A stretch of 32,000 bases of DNA from Pseudidiomarina andamanensis (GTDB taxonomy: Bacteria > Pseudomonadota > Gammaproteobacteria > Enterobacterales > Alteromonadaceae): positions 840,001 to 872,000 of the forward strand of contig NZ_CP032551.1 in assembly GCF_009734345.1 (NCBI RefSeq). The letters run 5' to 3'. The notes below the pieces were generated by a model. It saw only the letters and a list, made by a program, of their open reading frames with translations. It was not told the DNA's origin and ran no database searches. Positions 17,037-26,688 of the stretch are shown one piece after another (within the stretch, counting starts at the first letter, position 1; every line of letters begins with the position of its first letter). Both the position numbers and the translations under genes were made by a program.

Positions 17037-17065
17037 ACTATAGCAAATCTGCGCAATTTAATTAA
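17037..17065 (-). promoter_or_regulatory. Weak candidate internal suc promoter (TTAATT-N17-TATAGT)
   Basis: On the minus strand the -10 TATAGT is at 17042..17037 and the -35 TTAATT is at 17065..17060, with 17-nt spacing. The -35 lies in the centre of the 22-bp palindrome and overlaps the sdhB stop. This rests on the sequence match only. Confidence 0.25.
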
Positions 17066-17072
17066 ATTGCGC
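17051..17072. repeat. Perfect 22-bp palindrome GCGCAATTTAATTAAATTGCGC overlapping the sdhB stop codon
   Basis: I checked the reverse complement by hand and it is identical. It spans the last sdhB codons and the TAA at 17062-17064. Confidence 0.9.
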
Positions 17073-17781
17073 GATTCAATAGCATGGATTTGATGTTACC
17101 AATAGCCTTCGTTGGGTTCAGACCTTTCGGGCATACGTTGACGCAGTTCATGATGCCGTGGCAACGGAATACACTAAATGCATCGTCAAGCTCATTTAAA
17201 CGCTCTTCGGTTGCCGTATCACGGCTGTCAATTAAGAAGCGATAAGCGTTCAACAAGCCCGCTGGCCCGATAAATTTGTCTGGATTCCACCAGAACGAAG
17301 GACATGACGTTGAACAGCATGCACATAAAATACATTCGTACAGACCATCCAACTTCGCCCGATCTTCAACTGACTGTAAACGCTCACGCGCTGGTGGCGT
17401 TTTGTCATCGTTAATCAGATACGGTTTAATTTTCTCGTACTGCGTATAGAACTGACTCATGTCGACAATCAGGTCACGGATAACCGGTAATCCTGGCAAC
17501 GGGCGAATCACAATCTTCTTATCACCGCCCTTCAGCGCTGACAATGGCGTGATACACGCTAAACCATTTTTGCCGTTCATGTTCAAACCGTCAGAACCAC
17601 ACACACCTTCACGGCATGAGCGACGGAACGCCAACGTTGGATCTTGCTCTTTTAACAACAACAGCAAGTCGAGCACCATCATGTCACGATTTTTCTCCAC
17701 CTCTACGGTGTAGTCTTTCATGTACGGTGCGTTATCAACGTCTGGGTTGTAACGATAAACTGAAATATTCAACTTCTTCAT
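17062..17781 (-). CDS. sdhB: Succinate dehydrogenase iron-sulfur subunit
   Basis: Near-colinear with E. coli SdhB (SVYRYNPDVD..., CREGVCGSDGLNMNGKNGLAC, CILCACCSTSCPSFWWN, CHGIMNCVNVCPKGLNP). The start is set at ATG 17781 (MKKLN), with AGGTGA 6 nt upstream, rather than the GTG at 17790. Confidence 0.96.
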   Translation of the reverse strand: MKKLNISVYRYNPDVDNAPYMKDYTVEVEKNRDMMVLDLLLLLKEQDPTLAFRRSCREGVCGSDGLNMNGKNGLACITPLSALKGGDKKIVIRPLPGLPVIRDLIVDMSQFYTQYEKIKPYLINDDKTPPARERLQSVEDRAKLDGLYECILCACCSTSCPSFWWNPDKFIGPAGLLNAYRFLIDSRDTATEERLNELDDAFSVFRCHGIMNCVNVCPKGLNPTKAIGNIKSMLLNRAI

Positions 17782-17796
17782 CGTTGTCACCTAACC

Positions 17797-19563
17797 TTAG
17801 TAAGTCCGCGCTTTCGGCGGGAATGCTTCACGCAGTTTTGGCTGCATATTCACTTCGCGCTTCACAATCGATTCGTCTTGTGGACGATAAACGGTGTGCA
17901 CCAACCAGTTGTCGTCATCGCGATCTGGGAAATCTGCACGGCTGTGAGCACCACGGCTTTCAGTACGGAAGTTTGCTGCTACTGCGGTTGAGTAAGCTGT
18001 TTCCATTAAGTTATCTAACTCCAAGCACTCAATGCGCTGGGTGTTAAATTCTTTACTGGTGTCGTCCAAACGAGCATTTTGTAAACGCTCACGGATTTTC
18101 TTCAACTCTTCTAAACCTTCAGCCATTGCTTTACCTTCACGGAATACCGAGAAGTTCAGCTGCATGCACTTCTGCAAGTCTTTCTTGATTTGTACTGGGT
18201 CTTCGCCATCTTTGTTGTTTTCCCAACGACGAACGCGCGCCAAAGCGGCTTCAATTTGCTCTTGTGATGCTTCTTTCGCATCACCCAGCGATTTCATTGC
18301 ATCGGCTAGGTGTAAACCGGTCGCGCGACCGAATACAACCAAGTCTAACAATGAGTTACCGCCAAGACGGTTCGCACCATGTACAGATACACAAGCAATT
18401 TCGCCACAAGCAAACAAGCCATGAATTGGGGTTGCATTACCTTTATCATCAATTTGTAATGCCTGACCATTCACGTCAGTTGGAATACCACCCATCATAT
18501 AGTGACAGGTTGGAATAACTGGAATTGGCTCTTCTGCTGGGTCAACATGAGCAAAGGTTTTCGCTAGGTCACACACGCCCGGTAGGCGGCTTTCTAAAAC
18601 GTCACGACCTAAGTGGTCAAGTTTCAGTTTCAAGTGCGGACCAAGTGGGCCATCGCAACCACGACCTTCACGAATTTCAGTCATCATTGAACGGGCAACC
18701 ACGTCACGCGACGCTAGATCTTTCGCGTTTGGCGCATAACGTTCCATGAAGCGCTCACCGTCTTTATTTAAGAGGTAACCACCTTCACCACGGCAACCTT
18801 CAGTGACCAAGGTACCCGCTCCGGCGATACCGGTCGGGTGGAACTGCCACATTTCCATATCTTGTACTGGTACGCCAGCACGCAATGCCATACCAACGCC
18901 GTCACCAGTATTGATGTGCGCATTGGTGGTTGATGCATAAATACGGCCTGCACCACCAGTTGCTAACACAACTGCTTTGGCTTTCACGTAAAAAATTTCG
19001 CCGGTTTCGATATTCAGTGTCGTTACACCAACAATCGCACCTTCATCATTTTTCACTAAATCAAGCGCATACCACTCAGAAAATACGGTGGTTTTGTTCT
19101 TTACGTTTTGCTGATAAAGCAAGTGCAACAACGCGTGACCGGTACGGTCGGCTGCTGCCGCTGTACGCGCCGCCTGCTCGCCACCGAATGCTTTCGATTG
19201 GCCACCAAATGGACGCTGATAAACTTTTCCATTCTCGAAGCGAGAGAAAGGTAAGCCCATATTCTCAAGTTCTAAGATTGCCTCAGGACCGGTTTTACAC
19301 ATGTACTCGATGGCATCTTGGTCACCGATATAGTCTGAACCTTTCACGGTATCAAACATGTGCCATTCCCAGTTATCCTCGTGCGCGTTGCCTAACGCTA
19401 CGGTGATACCGCCTTGGGCGGAAACTGTATGAGAACGGGTTGGAAATACTTTCGACATCAGGGCACACGTCATGCCTGACTGCGAGATTTGTAGGGCAGC
19501 GCGCATACCTGCGCCACCTGCGCCGATTACAACGGCATCAAATTCGAGTGTTTGTACGCTCAC
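17797..19563 (-). CDS. sdhA: Succinate dehydrogenase flavoprotein subunit
   Basis: [24 protein letters not shown]...[11 protein letters not shown] (the FAD-attachment His context), colinear with E. coli SdhA through to the C-terminal [11 protein letters not shown] start directly after the sdhD TAA. Confidence 0.97.
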   Translation of the reverse strand: MSVQTLEFDAVVIGAGGAGMRAALQISQSGMTCALMSKVFPTRSHTVSAQGGITVALGNAHEDNWEWHMFDTVKGSDYIGDQDAIEYMCKTGPEAILELENMGLPFSRFENGKVYQRPFGGQSKAFGGEQAARTAAAADRTGHALLHLLYQQNVKNKTTVFSEWYALDLVKNDEGAIVGVTTLNIETGEIFYVKAKAVVLATGGAGRIYASTTNAHINTGDGVGMALRAGVPVQDMEMWQFHPTGIAGAGTLVTEGCRGEGGYLLNKDGERFMERYAPNAKDLASRDVVARSMMTEIREGRGCDGPLGPHLKLKLDHLGRDVLESRLPGVCDLAKTFAHVDPAEEPIPVIPTCHYMMGGIPTDVNGQALQIDDKGNATPIHGLFACGEIACVSVHGANRLGGNSLLDLVVFGRATGLHLADAMKSLGDAKEASQEQIEAALARVRRWENNKDGEDPVQIKKDLQKCMQLNFSVFREGKAMAEGLEELKKIRERLQNARLDDTSKEFNTQRIECLELDNLMETAYSTAVAANFRTESRGAHSRADFPDRDDDNWLVHTVYRPQDESIVKREVNMQPKLREAFPPKARTY

Positions 19564-19920
19564 TTAGACACCCTCCACTGGCCACACAACCAATAAACCG
19601 GCTAACCAATATACGATTAGTGCGACACATACTGCGTATTGAAGAAAAGCTCGTAAGCCCGTGTTTTTTACGTAGTCAGTCAACACTTGGAAAATACCAA
19701 TCCAACCGTGAATCAACACAGCTGTTAATGCCAACATGGTGAAGATTTTCATTCCCAAGTGCGCAAATAAATTGGTCCAAGTAGCGTACGTAATGGCTTC
19801 TGCTGATACTAGGAAGCTCACCATGAAAATGGTGTACAACGCCATGATGATGGCTGACGCACGGAGCAAGATGAAATCATGGCTACCGGTGCGGCCGAAT
19901 GTTGAAGCTGCTTTTACCAT
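19564..19920 (-). CDS. sdhD: Succinate dehydrogenase hydrophobic membrane anchor subunit
   Basis: GSHDFILLRASAIIMALYTIFMV...HGWIGIFQVLTDYVK parallels E. coli SdhD. The start is set at ATG 19920 (MVKAAS), overlapping the sdhC stop (ATGGTAA). Confidence 0.9.
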   Translation of the reverse strand: MVKAASTFGRTGSHDFILLRASAIIMALYTIFMVSFLVSAEAITYATWTNLFAHLGMKIFTMLALTAVLIHGWIGIFQVLTDYVKNTGLRAFLQYAVCVALIVYWLAGLLVVWPVEGV

Positions 19921-20288
19921 AACCAAACTCCTGCTAGTACTGAAAGTACGATTGCTAACACGAAAACGATCTGTGCGCTCACTCGACCTGAATCGAGTTC
20001 TTCAAAGTAGCCCATGTCCATAAACATGTGGCGAACGCCAGCGAGTAAGTGATAGCCCAATGCTGTCATGATGCCCCAAGCGATGAACTTAGCAATGAAG
20101 CCGGTTAACAAACCGTGCACCATGTCGAAGCCTTCAGGTGATTGCAGAGAGATTGCCAATGCCCAAACAAGGAAACCAACGCCACCTAGCATAATGACGC
20201 CAGAGATACGGTGGAGAATGGAGCTAATGGCTGCAGCCGGGAAGCTGATAGTGTTTAAGTCTAAATTTACAGGTCTTTGTTTTTTCAC
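19914..20288 (-). CDS. sdhC: Succinate dehydrogenase cytochrome b556 subunit
   Basis: (V/M)KKQRPVNLDLNTISFPAAAISSILHRISGV matches E. coli SdhC (VKKQRPVNLDLQTIRFPITAIASILHRVSGV). The track start is a GTG with only a weak SD. Confidence 0.93.
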   Translation of the reverse strand: MKKQRPVNLDLNTISFPAAAISSILHRISGVIMLGGVGFLVWALAISLQSPEGFDMVHGLLTGFIAKFIAWGIMTALGYHLLAGVRHMFMDMGYFEELDSGRVSAQIVFVLAIVLSVLAGVWLW

Positions 20289-20389
20289 GATTGTTGTGCC
20301 TTTACGAAAAGCATTGTTAACATGCTCGGAACTTCAAACATCCTCGTCCCGTAGAAATGGTTTAGAGGACCCTGTTAGATCGCCGCCAA

Positions 20390-20418
20390 AGTATATAAGC
20401 CATGGTTATGAATTACAA
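20390..20418 (-). promoter_or_regulatory. Candidate sdhC promoter (TTGTAA-N17-TATACT)
   Basis: On the minus strand the -35 TTGTAA is at 20418..20413 and the -10 TATACT is at 20395..20390, with exactly 17-nt spacing. This would give a leader of roughly 95-100 nt. Motif match only. Confidence 0.3.
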
Positions 20419-20706
20419 TTCCTTAGCGGCGTCTTTCGCTTAAAAACGTAAATTATTTATCAATAGATCAAGCCAATAAAATCCAGCACTCAATGACAAT
20501 TCTACCTTAGTCGCATACAACCCAATTCAAGATAGGCGTATAACGTTGGCGCAATTATTTTTTTACGGTGGCTGTCATCCGACTGTCACGTTGTAGCGTA
20601 ACAATGGCGTGTTAAACTAGCACCTTTAATCGTGAGAATGCTCAGGATTACTGGCTTTTACTTGACGTGAATCAGCAGATTTATTCGGTTTAAACGGCCG
20701 TTTGAA

Positions 20707-20736
20707 TTGACATTCACGGTTAAGATCAAGTAAATT
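20707..20736 (+). promoter_or_regulatory. Candidate gltA promoter (TTGACA-N18-TAAATT)
   Basis: Consensus -35 TTGACA at 20707-20712. TAAATT at 20731-20736. About 45 nt upstream of the gltA ATG, which has an AAGGAG RBS. Confidence 0.35.
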
Positions 20737-20784
20737 CTATCGCCCTTTTAGTGATGAAGCAGACTTAAACAAGGAGATTTCCTT

Positions 20785-22065
20785 ATGGCTGATCGTAAAG
20801 CCACCCTGCAGATTGACGGCCAATCCATTGAATTGCCAGTACTATCTGGTACAGCCGGCTATGATGTAATTGACGTGCGTACTTTAGGCAAACATGGTTT
20901 TTTCACTTTTGATCCAGGTTTCCTAGCAACTGGCTCATGTGAATCAAAAATCACCTACATTGATGGTGAACAAGGCATCCTTCTGCATCGCGGATATCCA
21001 ATTGATCAGCTTGCGACTCAAGCGGATTATCTCGAAGTATGTTATATGCTGCTACACGGTGAAGCACCGAACGAAGAAGAATATGCGAAATTCAAGCAAA
21101 CCATTACCAAGCACACGATGGTACATCAAGGTTTGCATAACTTCTTCAATGGCTTCCGTCGCGATGCACACCCAATGGCTATGTTATGCGCAGTTACTGG
21201 TGCATTATCATCGTTCTATCATGACGACCTCGACATTCATGACGAGAAGCAACGTTTACGTAGTGCCTATCGCTTAATTGCTAAGATGCCGACGATTGCG
21301 GCAATGGCTTACAAATTCAGTATTGGTCAGCCGTTCGTCTACCCACGTAACGATTTAAGCTACTCAGAGAACTTCTTGAACATGATGTTCTCGGTTCCAG
21401 CAGAAGACTATAAAATCAGTCCGACAATTGCCAAAGCAATGGATCGTATTTTCACGTTACATGCTGATCACGAGCAAAATGCTTCAACCTCAACCGTGCG
21501 TTTAGCTGGTTCTTCTGGCGCTAACCCATATGCGTGTATCGCAGCTGGTGTTGCATCGTTGTGGGGCCCTGCTCACGGCGGCGCTAACGAAGCGTGCTTA
21601 CGTATGCTGAAACAAATCGGTAGCGTTGAGAACATTCCTAAATACATCGATAAGGCAAAAGATAAGAACGATCCGTTCCGTCTGATGGGCTTTGGTCACC
21701 GTGTTTATAAGAACTTTGACCCACGTGCTACCGTGATGCGTGAAAGTGCGCACGAAGTTCTGAAAGAATTGAACATCAACGACCCATTGTTAGATGTTGC
21801 CATGGAACTTGAGCGCATTGCGCTTGAAGACCCATACTTCGTCGAGAAGAAGCTTTATCCGAACGTCGATTTCTATTCAGGCATTATCTTGAAAGCAATC
21901 GGTATTCCTACCAACATGTTTACGGTTATCTTCGCATTATCGCGTACCGTTGGTTGGATTTCACACTGGCATGAAATGATGGGCGAAGAGAACCAGAAGA
22001 TTGGTCGTCCACGTCAGTTGTACACCGGTGAAGCAAAGCGTGATTTTAAACCACTGAAGCGCTAA
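20785..22065 (+). CDS. gltA: Citrate synthase (type II)
   Basis: 426 aa. [20 protein letters not shown]..., with the catalytic regions [20 protein letters not shown] and [14 protein letters not shown]. Confidence 0.97.
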   Translation: MADRKATLQIDGQSIELPVLSGTAGYDVIDVRTLGKHGFFTFDPGFLATGSCESKITYIDGEQGILLHRGYPIDQLATQADYLEVCYMLLHGEAPNEEEYAKFKQTITKHTMVHQGLHNFFNGFRRDAHPMAMLCAVTGALSSFYHDDLDIHDEKQRLRSAYRLIAKMPTIAAMAYKFSIGQPFVYPRNDLSYSENFLNMMFSVPAEDYKISPTIAKAMDRIFTLHADHEQNASTSTVRLAGSSGANPYACIAAGVASLWGPAHGGANEACLRMLKQIGSVENIPKYIDKAKDKNDPFRLMGFGHRVYKNFDPRATVMRESAHEVLKELNINDPLLDVAMELERIALEDPYFVEKKLYPNVDFYSGIILKAIGIPTNMFTVIFALSRTVGWISHWHEMMGEENQKIGRPRQLYTGEAKRDFKPLKR

Positions 22066-22096
22066 TGCTTCGGTGAAATTCACCACTAATTAGTGA

Positions 22097-22123
22097 AAAG
22101 CACTCTTCGGAGTGCTTTTTTTA
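22097..22123 (+). terminator. Rho-independent terminator after gltA
   Basis: AAAGCACTC-TTCG-GAGTGCTTT (9-bp stem, TTCG loop) followed by a T-run. Confidence 0.75.
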
Positions 22124-22322
22124 TTTCTATCTCCCCATAAACTTTTTCTTCTCGTTTTTCATCTAAACACCAGCACCCTTTCAGAAACGCCATAAAACAA
22201 AGGCTTAGCCAATTTTTTAATACAACAAAATGAAAATTGGCACGTTCTATGCATAAGTATCGATACCATGTCGTCACAGACAGTTTTTGAAAGATGGGTT
22301 CCCGGTGTCGAACGCCGAGCAA

Positions 22323-22346
22323 CCAATAACGAATAACCAATAACGA
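22323..22346. repeat. Direct repeat CCAATAACGA-ATAA-CCAATAACGA just upstream of the RND operon
   Basis: Two identical 10-mers at 22323-22332 and 22337-22346 (14-bp period), 24 nt before the adaptor-gene ATG. Confidence 0.6.
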
Positions 22347-22369
22347 TTAACGCATTAAATCGGGACAAG

Positions 22370-23467
22370 ATGATGAACACGCACACATACACCAATCGCT
22401 TTGTTGCAGTCACATTGGCTTCGCTTCTCGCACTTAGTACCAGTGCTTGTAGTGATGCCGGCGCCAGCAACGAAACTCCAGCAACTCAAGAGCAAGCTCA
22501 AGTTGCACGCATTCCGGTAGCCACACAAACAGTTGTCGCCGGTGAAATCACCTCGAGCTTTAAATCAACCGCCACGCTTGAAGCACGCGATGAAGCAGAT
22601 GTGACGAGCAAAGCGACTGGCATTATTGAGTCGATTATGGTTGAAGAAGGCGACTATGTTGTAGCTGGACAAATTCTTGCCCACATGCGTGATGATGAAT
22701 ATCGCATTCAAGTAGCACAAGCACGCGCCGAATTAAACTCGATCAAACAAGAGTTAAAACGCGTCAAAGATATGGCGGAACGCGATATGATCAGTGCGGA
22801 TGCCTATGACAAGTTGCGTTTTCAAGCCGACATGCTGCAAGCAAAGTACGATATGGCTGCATTGAACTTGGCTGAAACCGAGATTCGCGCCCCAATCAGT
22901 GGTTACGTTGCTTATCGCTACGTGAAACCAGGCAACTTAGTTCGCCAATACGAACAACAGAAGTTATTTCACATTGTTGCGTCAGACGTACTGCAAAGTA
23001 ACGTCTATCTGCCTGAACGTGAATTGCAACGCGTTAAAGTAGGCCAAACTGCTGAATTACAATTAACCGCCTTAAATAATCAGAGTGTCACTGCAACGGT
23101 TGCGCGAATTAGTCCCGTGGTTGATACACAGTCCGGTACCTTCAAAGTTGTCTTACACGTGGATAATCAAAACAACAGCTTGAAGCCTGGTATGTTCGCG
23201 CACGTCAACCTCAATTATGCGACTCGTCAAAACACCGTCACAGTGCCCCGCTACGCCGTACAAAGCTTAGATAATCAACACAGTGTGTTTACTGTTGATG
23301 CTGACGGCGTTGCCCACAAAGTCGATGTACAAATTGGCTTTGAGGACGAAACTCATCTAGAAATTATCAACGGCTTAAGCGTTGGCGATGCAATTGTGAT
23401 TAGTGGTCAAGCTAACCTTAAAGATGCAGCCCTAGTTGAAGTGATTCGGAGCGAGCAACAATCATGA
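22370..23467 (+). CDS. Efflux RND transporter periplasmic adaptor (membrane fusion protein), probable lipoprotein
   Basis: The N-terminus ends LALSTSAC (lipobox-like Cys). It has a lipoyl/hairpin/beta-barrel organisation typical of HlyD_D23-type adaptors (VTSKATGIIESIMVEEGDYVVAGQILA; coiled-coil segment; IRAPISGYV). Confidence 0.9.
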   Translation: MMNTHTYTNRFVAVTLASLLALSTSACSDAGASNETPATQEQAQVARIPVATQTVVAGEITSSFKSTATLEARDEADVTSKATGIIESIMVEEGDYVVAGQILAHMRDDEYRIQVAQARAELNSIKQELKRVKDMAERDMISADAYDKLRFQADMLQAKYDMAALNLAETEIRAPISGYVAYRYVKPGNLVRQYEQQKLFHIVASDVLQSNVYLPERELQRVKVGQTAELQLTALNNQSVTATVARISPVVDTQSGTFKVVLHVDNQNNSLKPGMFAHVNLNYATRQNTVTVPRYAVQSLDNQHSVFTVDADGVAHKVDVQIGFEDETHLEIINGLSVGDAIVISGQANLKDAALVEVIRSEQQS

Positions 23468-26400
23468 GTATCGTTAAGTTAGCAGTAAAGCGCCCTGTTA
23501 CGATTGCGATGCTCACCTTGGCGGTGATGTTATTCGGCTTTGTTTCATTAGGTCGTATTCCAGTTACCCTGCTCCCTGATTTAGCTTACCCGACTTTAAC
23601 TGTGCGCACCGATTATCCCGGCGGTGCGCCTAGCGAAGTTGAGCAACTTGTCAGTAAACCTATCGAAGAAACACTCGGTACGGTAAAAGGTATTCGTCGT
23701 ATTGAATCAATTTCCCGTGCTGGCCAAAGCGATGTCTTGCTCGAGTTTAGTTGGGGCACTGACATGGAAATGGCGAGCCTTGATGTGCGTGAAAAACTTG
23801 ATTGGGTGGAATTACCACTCGATTTAGAAAAGCCAGTTTTGCTTCGCTTTAACCCAAGTGAAGAGCCGGTTTACCGCTTAGCCTTGAGCTTGAATGAAAA
23901 TGATCAGTCGATTAGCGCCTTAAAGCAATTACGTACCTACGCTGAGGAAGACTTAAAGCGGCATTTAGAGAGCATTGAAGGCGTTGCTTCGGTGCGTTTA
24001 GGTGGCGGTTTAGAAGACGAGATTCAAGTATTAGTGAATGAACGTCAAGCCGCCGCATTGCAGATACCCATGACGTTGATTACGCAGCGCTTGCGTGAAG
24101 AAAATATCAATTTGTCTGGTGGTCGTATTGAAGCTGATCGTGCTGAGTACTTAGTAAGAACATTAAATCAGTTCAAAAACTTAGAAGACATTCGCTCAAT
24201 CTACCTCACCACGCGCAATAATCGTCCAATTTTACTAAAAGACATCGCGGTGGTTGAAAACGCCTACAAAGAACGCGACGCCATAAGTCGTGTCGGTGGC
24301 ATGGAAGCAGTTGAAGTTTCGCTTTACAAAGAAGGTGATGCCAACACTGTTCAAGTATCAAAAGCTATTCAATCACATCTGCAACAGCTGAAAACCGCAA
24401 ATCTACTCCCTGAGCAATACGCCATTAAACCAATTTATGACCAAGCCGTGTTTATTAGCGCGGCCATTGCAGAAGTTCGTGACGCTGCAATCATTGGCGG
24501 TTTGTTAGCGATGGTTATCATTTATCTATTTTTACAACGCGTGTGGCCGACTATTGTCATCAGCTTAGCCATACCAATCTCAATTATTGCCACGTTTAAC
24601 TTACTCTACGGCTATCAAGTTTCACTCAATATGATGTCGCTGGGTGGTATTGCGTTAGCGGTTGGTATGTTGGTGGATAACGCCATTGTCGTTCTCGAAA
24701 ATATTGCCCGTCATCAACAACATAGCGATGCTGAACAAGCGGCAGAAGTTGGCACGCGTGAAGTTTCTGGGGCTATTATTGCGTCCACGCTAACCACCAT
24801 GGCGGTGTTCTTTCCGTTAGTATTTGTTGAAGGTATTGCCGGTCAGCTATTTCGTGATCAAGCCTTGACCGTCACCTTTTCTCTTGCAGCTTCACTACTG
24901 GTGGCACTAACACTTATTCCGATGCTATCAAGCCGCAGCCGCAACAAATCAAACGCTGAAATTGAACCTTTTGCATATGCCAAAGGATGGCGGTTTTGGT
25001 TAAAGACGCCAATCTACCTTGTATTTCGCTGGATTCCTTTCGCGTTAATTAGCGTATTTGTAGCGATCGCGCGCGTACTTACTAAATTATTTACACTAAT
25101 TACCACGCCATTATTGAAGTTGTTTAATACCGTCTATCAAACACTTGAAGCTGGCTATCAACGACTCCTCAACGTCGCTCTAAAACGTGCAGGCGTAACC
25201 TTGGGTATCATTCTGTTGAGCGCTGCGGCTTGTTACACGCTATTACCACGCCTTCCGGTCGCATTGCTGCCGAATATGGCACAAGGAGAATTTTACGTTG
25301 AAGTCGAATTACAGCCCGGCGCAACCATTTATGAAACCGATATGGTGTTAGCTGAGCTTGGTAACGTGATTGCTACGTCTGATGAGCTTAATGCGGCGGT
25401 GGACCGTTACTATACCATCGCGGGTACCGGCAGCCTGCTTAATGCAGCGCCGGGTCAAAGTGGTAATCAGTGGGGACGGCTGAATGTGGTCATGGCGGAT
25501 CACAACATGGCTGCCACTGAAAAAGTACAACAGCAACTGCGGCAGAAAGTGCAATCAATGCCGGGGGTTATGGCAAAATTCGGGACGCCTGAGCTGTTTA
25601 GCTTTGCAAGCCCGATTACCATCGAGTTTGTGGGTTACGACCTCGCCTTACTGCAACAAGCAGCGCAACAATTCAGTACAACACTTGAAGAGCATCCGCA
25701 ATTTACCGACATTCGGGTCAATATGACTGATGGTCAACCTGAACTCGCGGTGTATTTTGATCATGCGAAGCTTAGTCAATACGGCTTAACTAGTGCCGAA
25801 GTTTCCGAATTACTAGCGACAAAAATTGGCGGTCGCGTCGCGAGCCAATTTAGTTTGGATGACCGAAAAATTGATATTCTTGTTCGCAGTCAATCCGCTG
25901 ATCGCAATTCGCTTCGTGACCTGCAGCAAGTGATCATTAACCCGGGTGCGGCGCGGGAAATTACATTACAAGCCGTCGCCGAAGTTGTGCCAGTCGTTGG
26001 TCCAAGCGAAATTACCCGAATTGACCAACAGCGCACTGCAATCGTAGAAGCCAACCTAAATTATGGTGACCTTGGCAGTGCAGTTAGCAACGCTCAGCAA
26101 TTACTCGATGAGACGCAACTTCCTCTCACGATCACGGCTCGCGTCGCTGGACAAAACGAAGATATGCAACGGTCATTTACCTCGTTGCAATTCGCTTTGG
26201 TGCTTGCCGTATTTCTGGTGTACCTGGTGATGGCATCGCAGTTTGAATCGCTGCTACATCCATTGTTTATTCTATTTACCGTACCGCTCGCTGGGGCTGG
26301 TTCAGTGCTTGGTCTTTATCTCATGGGCACCGAACTGAGCATTATTGTGTTCATTGGTTTAATCATGTTGGCTGGTATTGTTGTGAACAATGCGATTGTT

Positions 26401-26688
26401 TTGGTCGACCGAATTAACCAATTGCGAGAGGAAGGCATTGAGCGCTACCAAGCTGTTTACACTGCAGCACAACAACGTCTGCGGCCGATTCTTATGACCA
26501 TGCTCACCACGGTTTTAGGGTTGTTACCATTAGCCATAGGGCTTGGCGAAGGCGCTGAAATTCGCGCACCCATGGCGATTAGTGTTATTGCAGGTTTGTT
26601 GTTCTCAACACTGCTGACGCTACTGTTCATTCCATGCTTATATCTCCTTGTGGATCGTAAGTCTGCAGCAACGGGGGTGAAAGTATGA
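23464..26688 (+). CDS. Efflux RND transporter permease subunit (first of two)
   Basis: 1074 aa, AcrB-fold organisation. N-terminal TM1 (RPVTIAMLTLAVMLFG), TM4 motif [16 protein letters not shown] and TM10 motif LAGIVVNNAIVLVDRI. ATGA overlap with the adaptor gene. Confidence 0.93.
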   Translation: MSIVKLAVKRPVTIAMLTLAVMLFGFVSLGRIPVTLLPDLAYPTLTVRTDYPGGAPSEVEQLVSKPIEETLGTVKGIRRIESISRAGQSDVLLEFSWGTDMEMASLDVREKLDWVELPLDLEKPVLLRFNPSEEPVYRLALSLNENDQSISALKQLRTYAEEDLKRHLESIEGVASVRLGGGLEDEIQVLVNERQAAALQIPMTLITQRLREENINLSGGRIEADRAEYLVRTLNQFKNLEDIRSIYLTTRNNRPILLKDIAVVENAYKERDAISRVGGMEAVEVSLYKEGDANTVQVSKAIQSHLQQLKTANLLPEQYAIKPIYDQAVFISAAIAEVRDAAIIGGLLAMVIIYLFLQRVWPTIVISLAIPISIIATFNLLYGYQVSLNMMSLGGIALAVGMLVDNAIVVLENIARHQQHSDAEQAAEVGTREVSGAIIASTLTTMAVFFPLVFVEGIAGQLFRDQALTVTFSLAASLLVALTLIPMLSSRSRNKSNAEIEPFAYAKGWRFWLKTPIYLVFRWIPFALISVFVAIARVLTKLFTLITTPLLKLFNTVYQTLEAGYQRLLNVALKRAGVTLGIILLSAAACYTLLPRLPVALLPNMAQGEFYVEVELQPGATIYETDMVLAELGNVIATSDELNAAVDRYYTIAGTGSLLNAAPGQSGNQWGRLNVVMADHNMAATEKVQQQLRQKVQSMPGVMAKFGTPELFSFASPITIEFVGYDLALLQQAAQQFSTTLEEHPQFTDIRVNMTDGQPELAVYFDHAKLSQYGLTSAEVSELLATKIGGRVASQFSLDDRKIDILVRSQSADRNSLRDLQQVIINPGAAREITLQAVAEVVPVVGPSEITRIDQQRTAIVEANLNYGDLGSAVSNAQQLLDETQLPLTITARVAGQNEDMQRSFTSLQFALVLAVFLVYLVMASQFESLLHPLFILFTVPLAGAGSVLGLYLMGTELSIIVFIGLIMLAGIVVNNAIVLVDRINQLREEGIERYQAVYTAAQQRLRPILMTMLTTVLGLLPLAIGLGEGAEIRAPMAISVIAGLLFSTLLTLLFIPCLYLLVDRKSAATGVKV

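Noticed and set aside
18032-19406. Plus-strand ORFs of 130, 84, 74 and 158 aa antisense to sdhA.
   Set aside because: Same reasoning: they are nested in a gene whose product aligns end-to-end with E. coli SdhA, and their products are Ser/Arg/His-rich nonsense-like sequences.
20300-20330. TGTTAACA palindrome and AGCAT...ATGCT mini-hairpin in the sdhC leader, considered as an ArcA/Fnr-type box or attenuator.
   Set aside because: It is only an 8-bp palindrome or 5-bp stem. It does not match any consensus I can state with confidence and is expected by chance in AT-rich spacer DNA.
20068-20451. 127-aa plus-strand ORF running from inside sdhC into the sdhC-gltA spacer.
   Set aside because: Two thirds of it is antisense to sdhC. 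The remainder crosses the putative sdhC leader and promoter. No SD and no recognisable features.
22086-22470. Minus-strand ORFs of 84 and 103 aa in the gltA-RND intergenic region.
   Set aside because: They overlap the gltA terminator and the adaptor-gene start, run antisense to the likely RND promoter, and have no SD. Cys/Phe/Leu-rich products are typical of AT-rich non-coding DNA.
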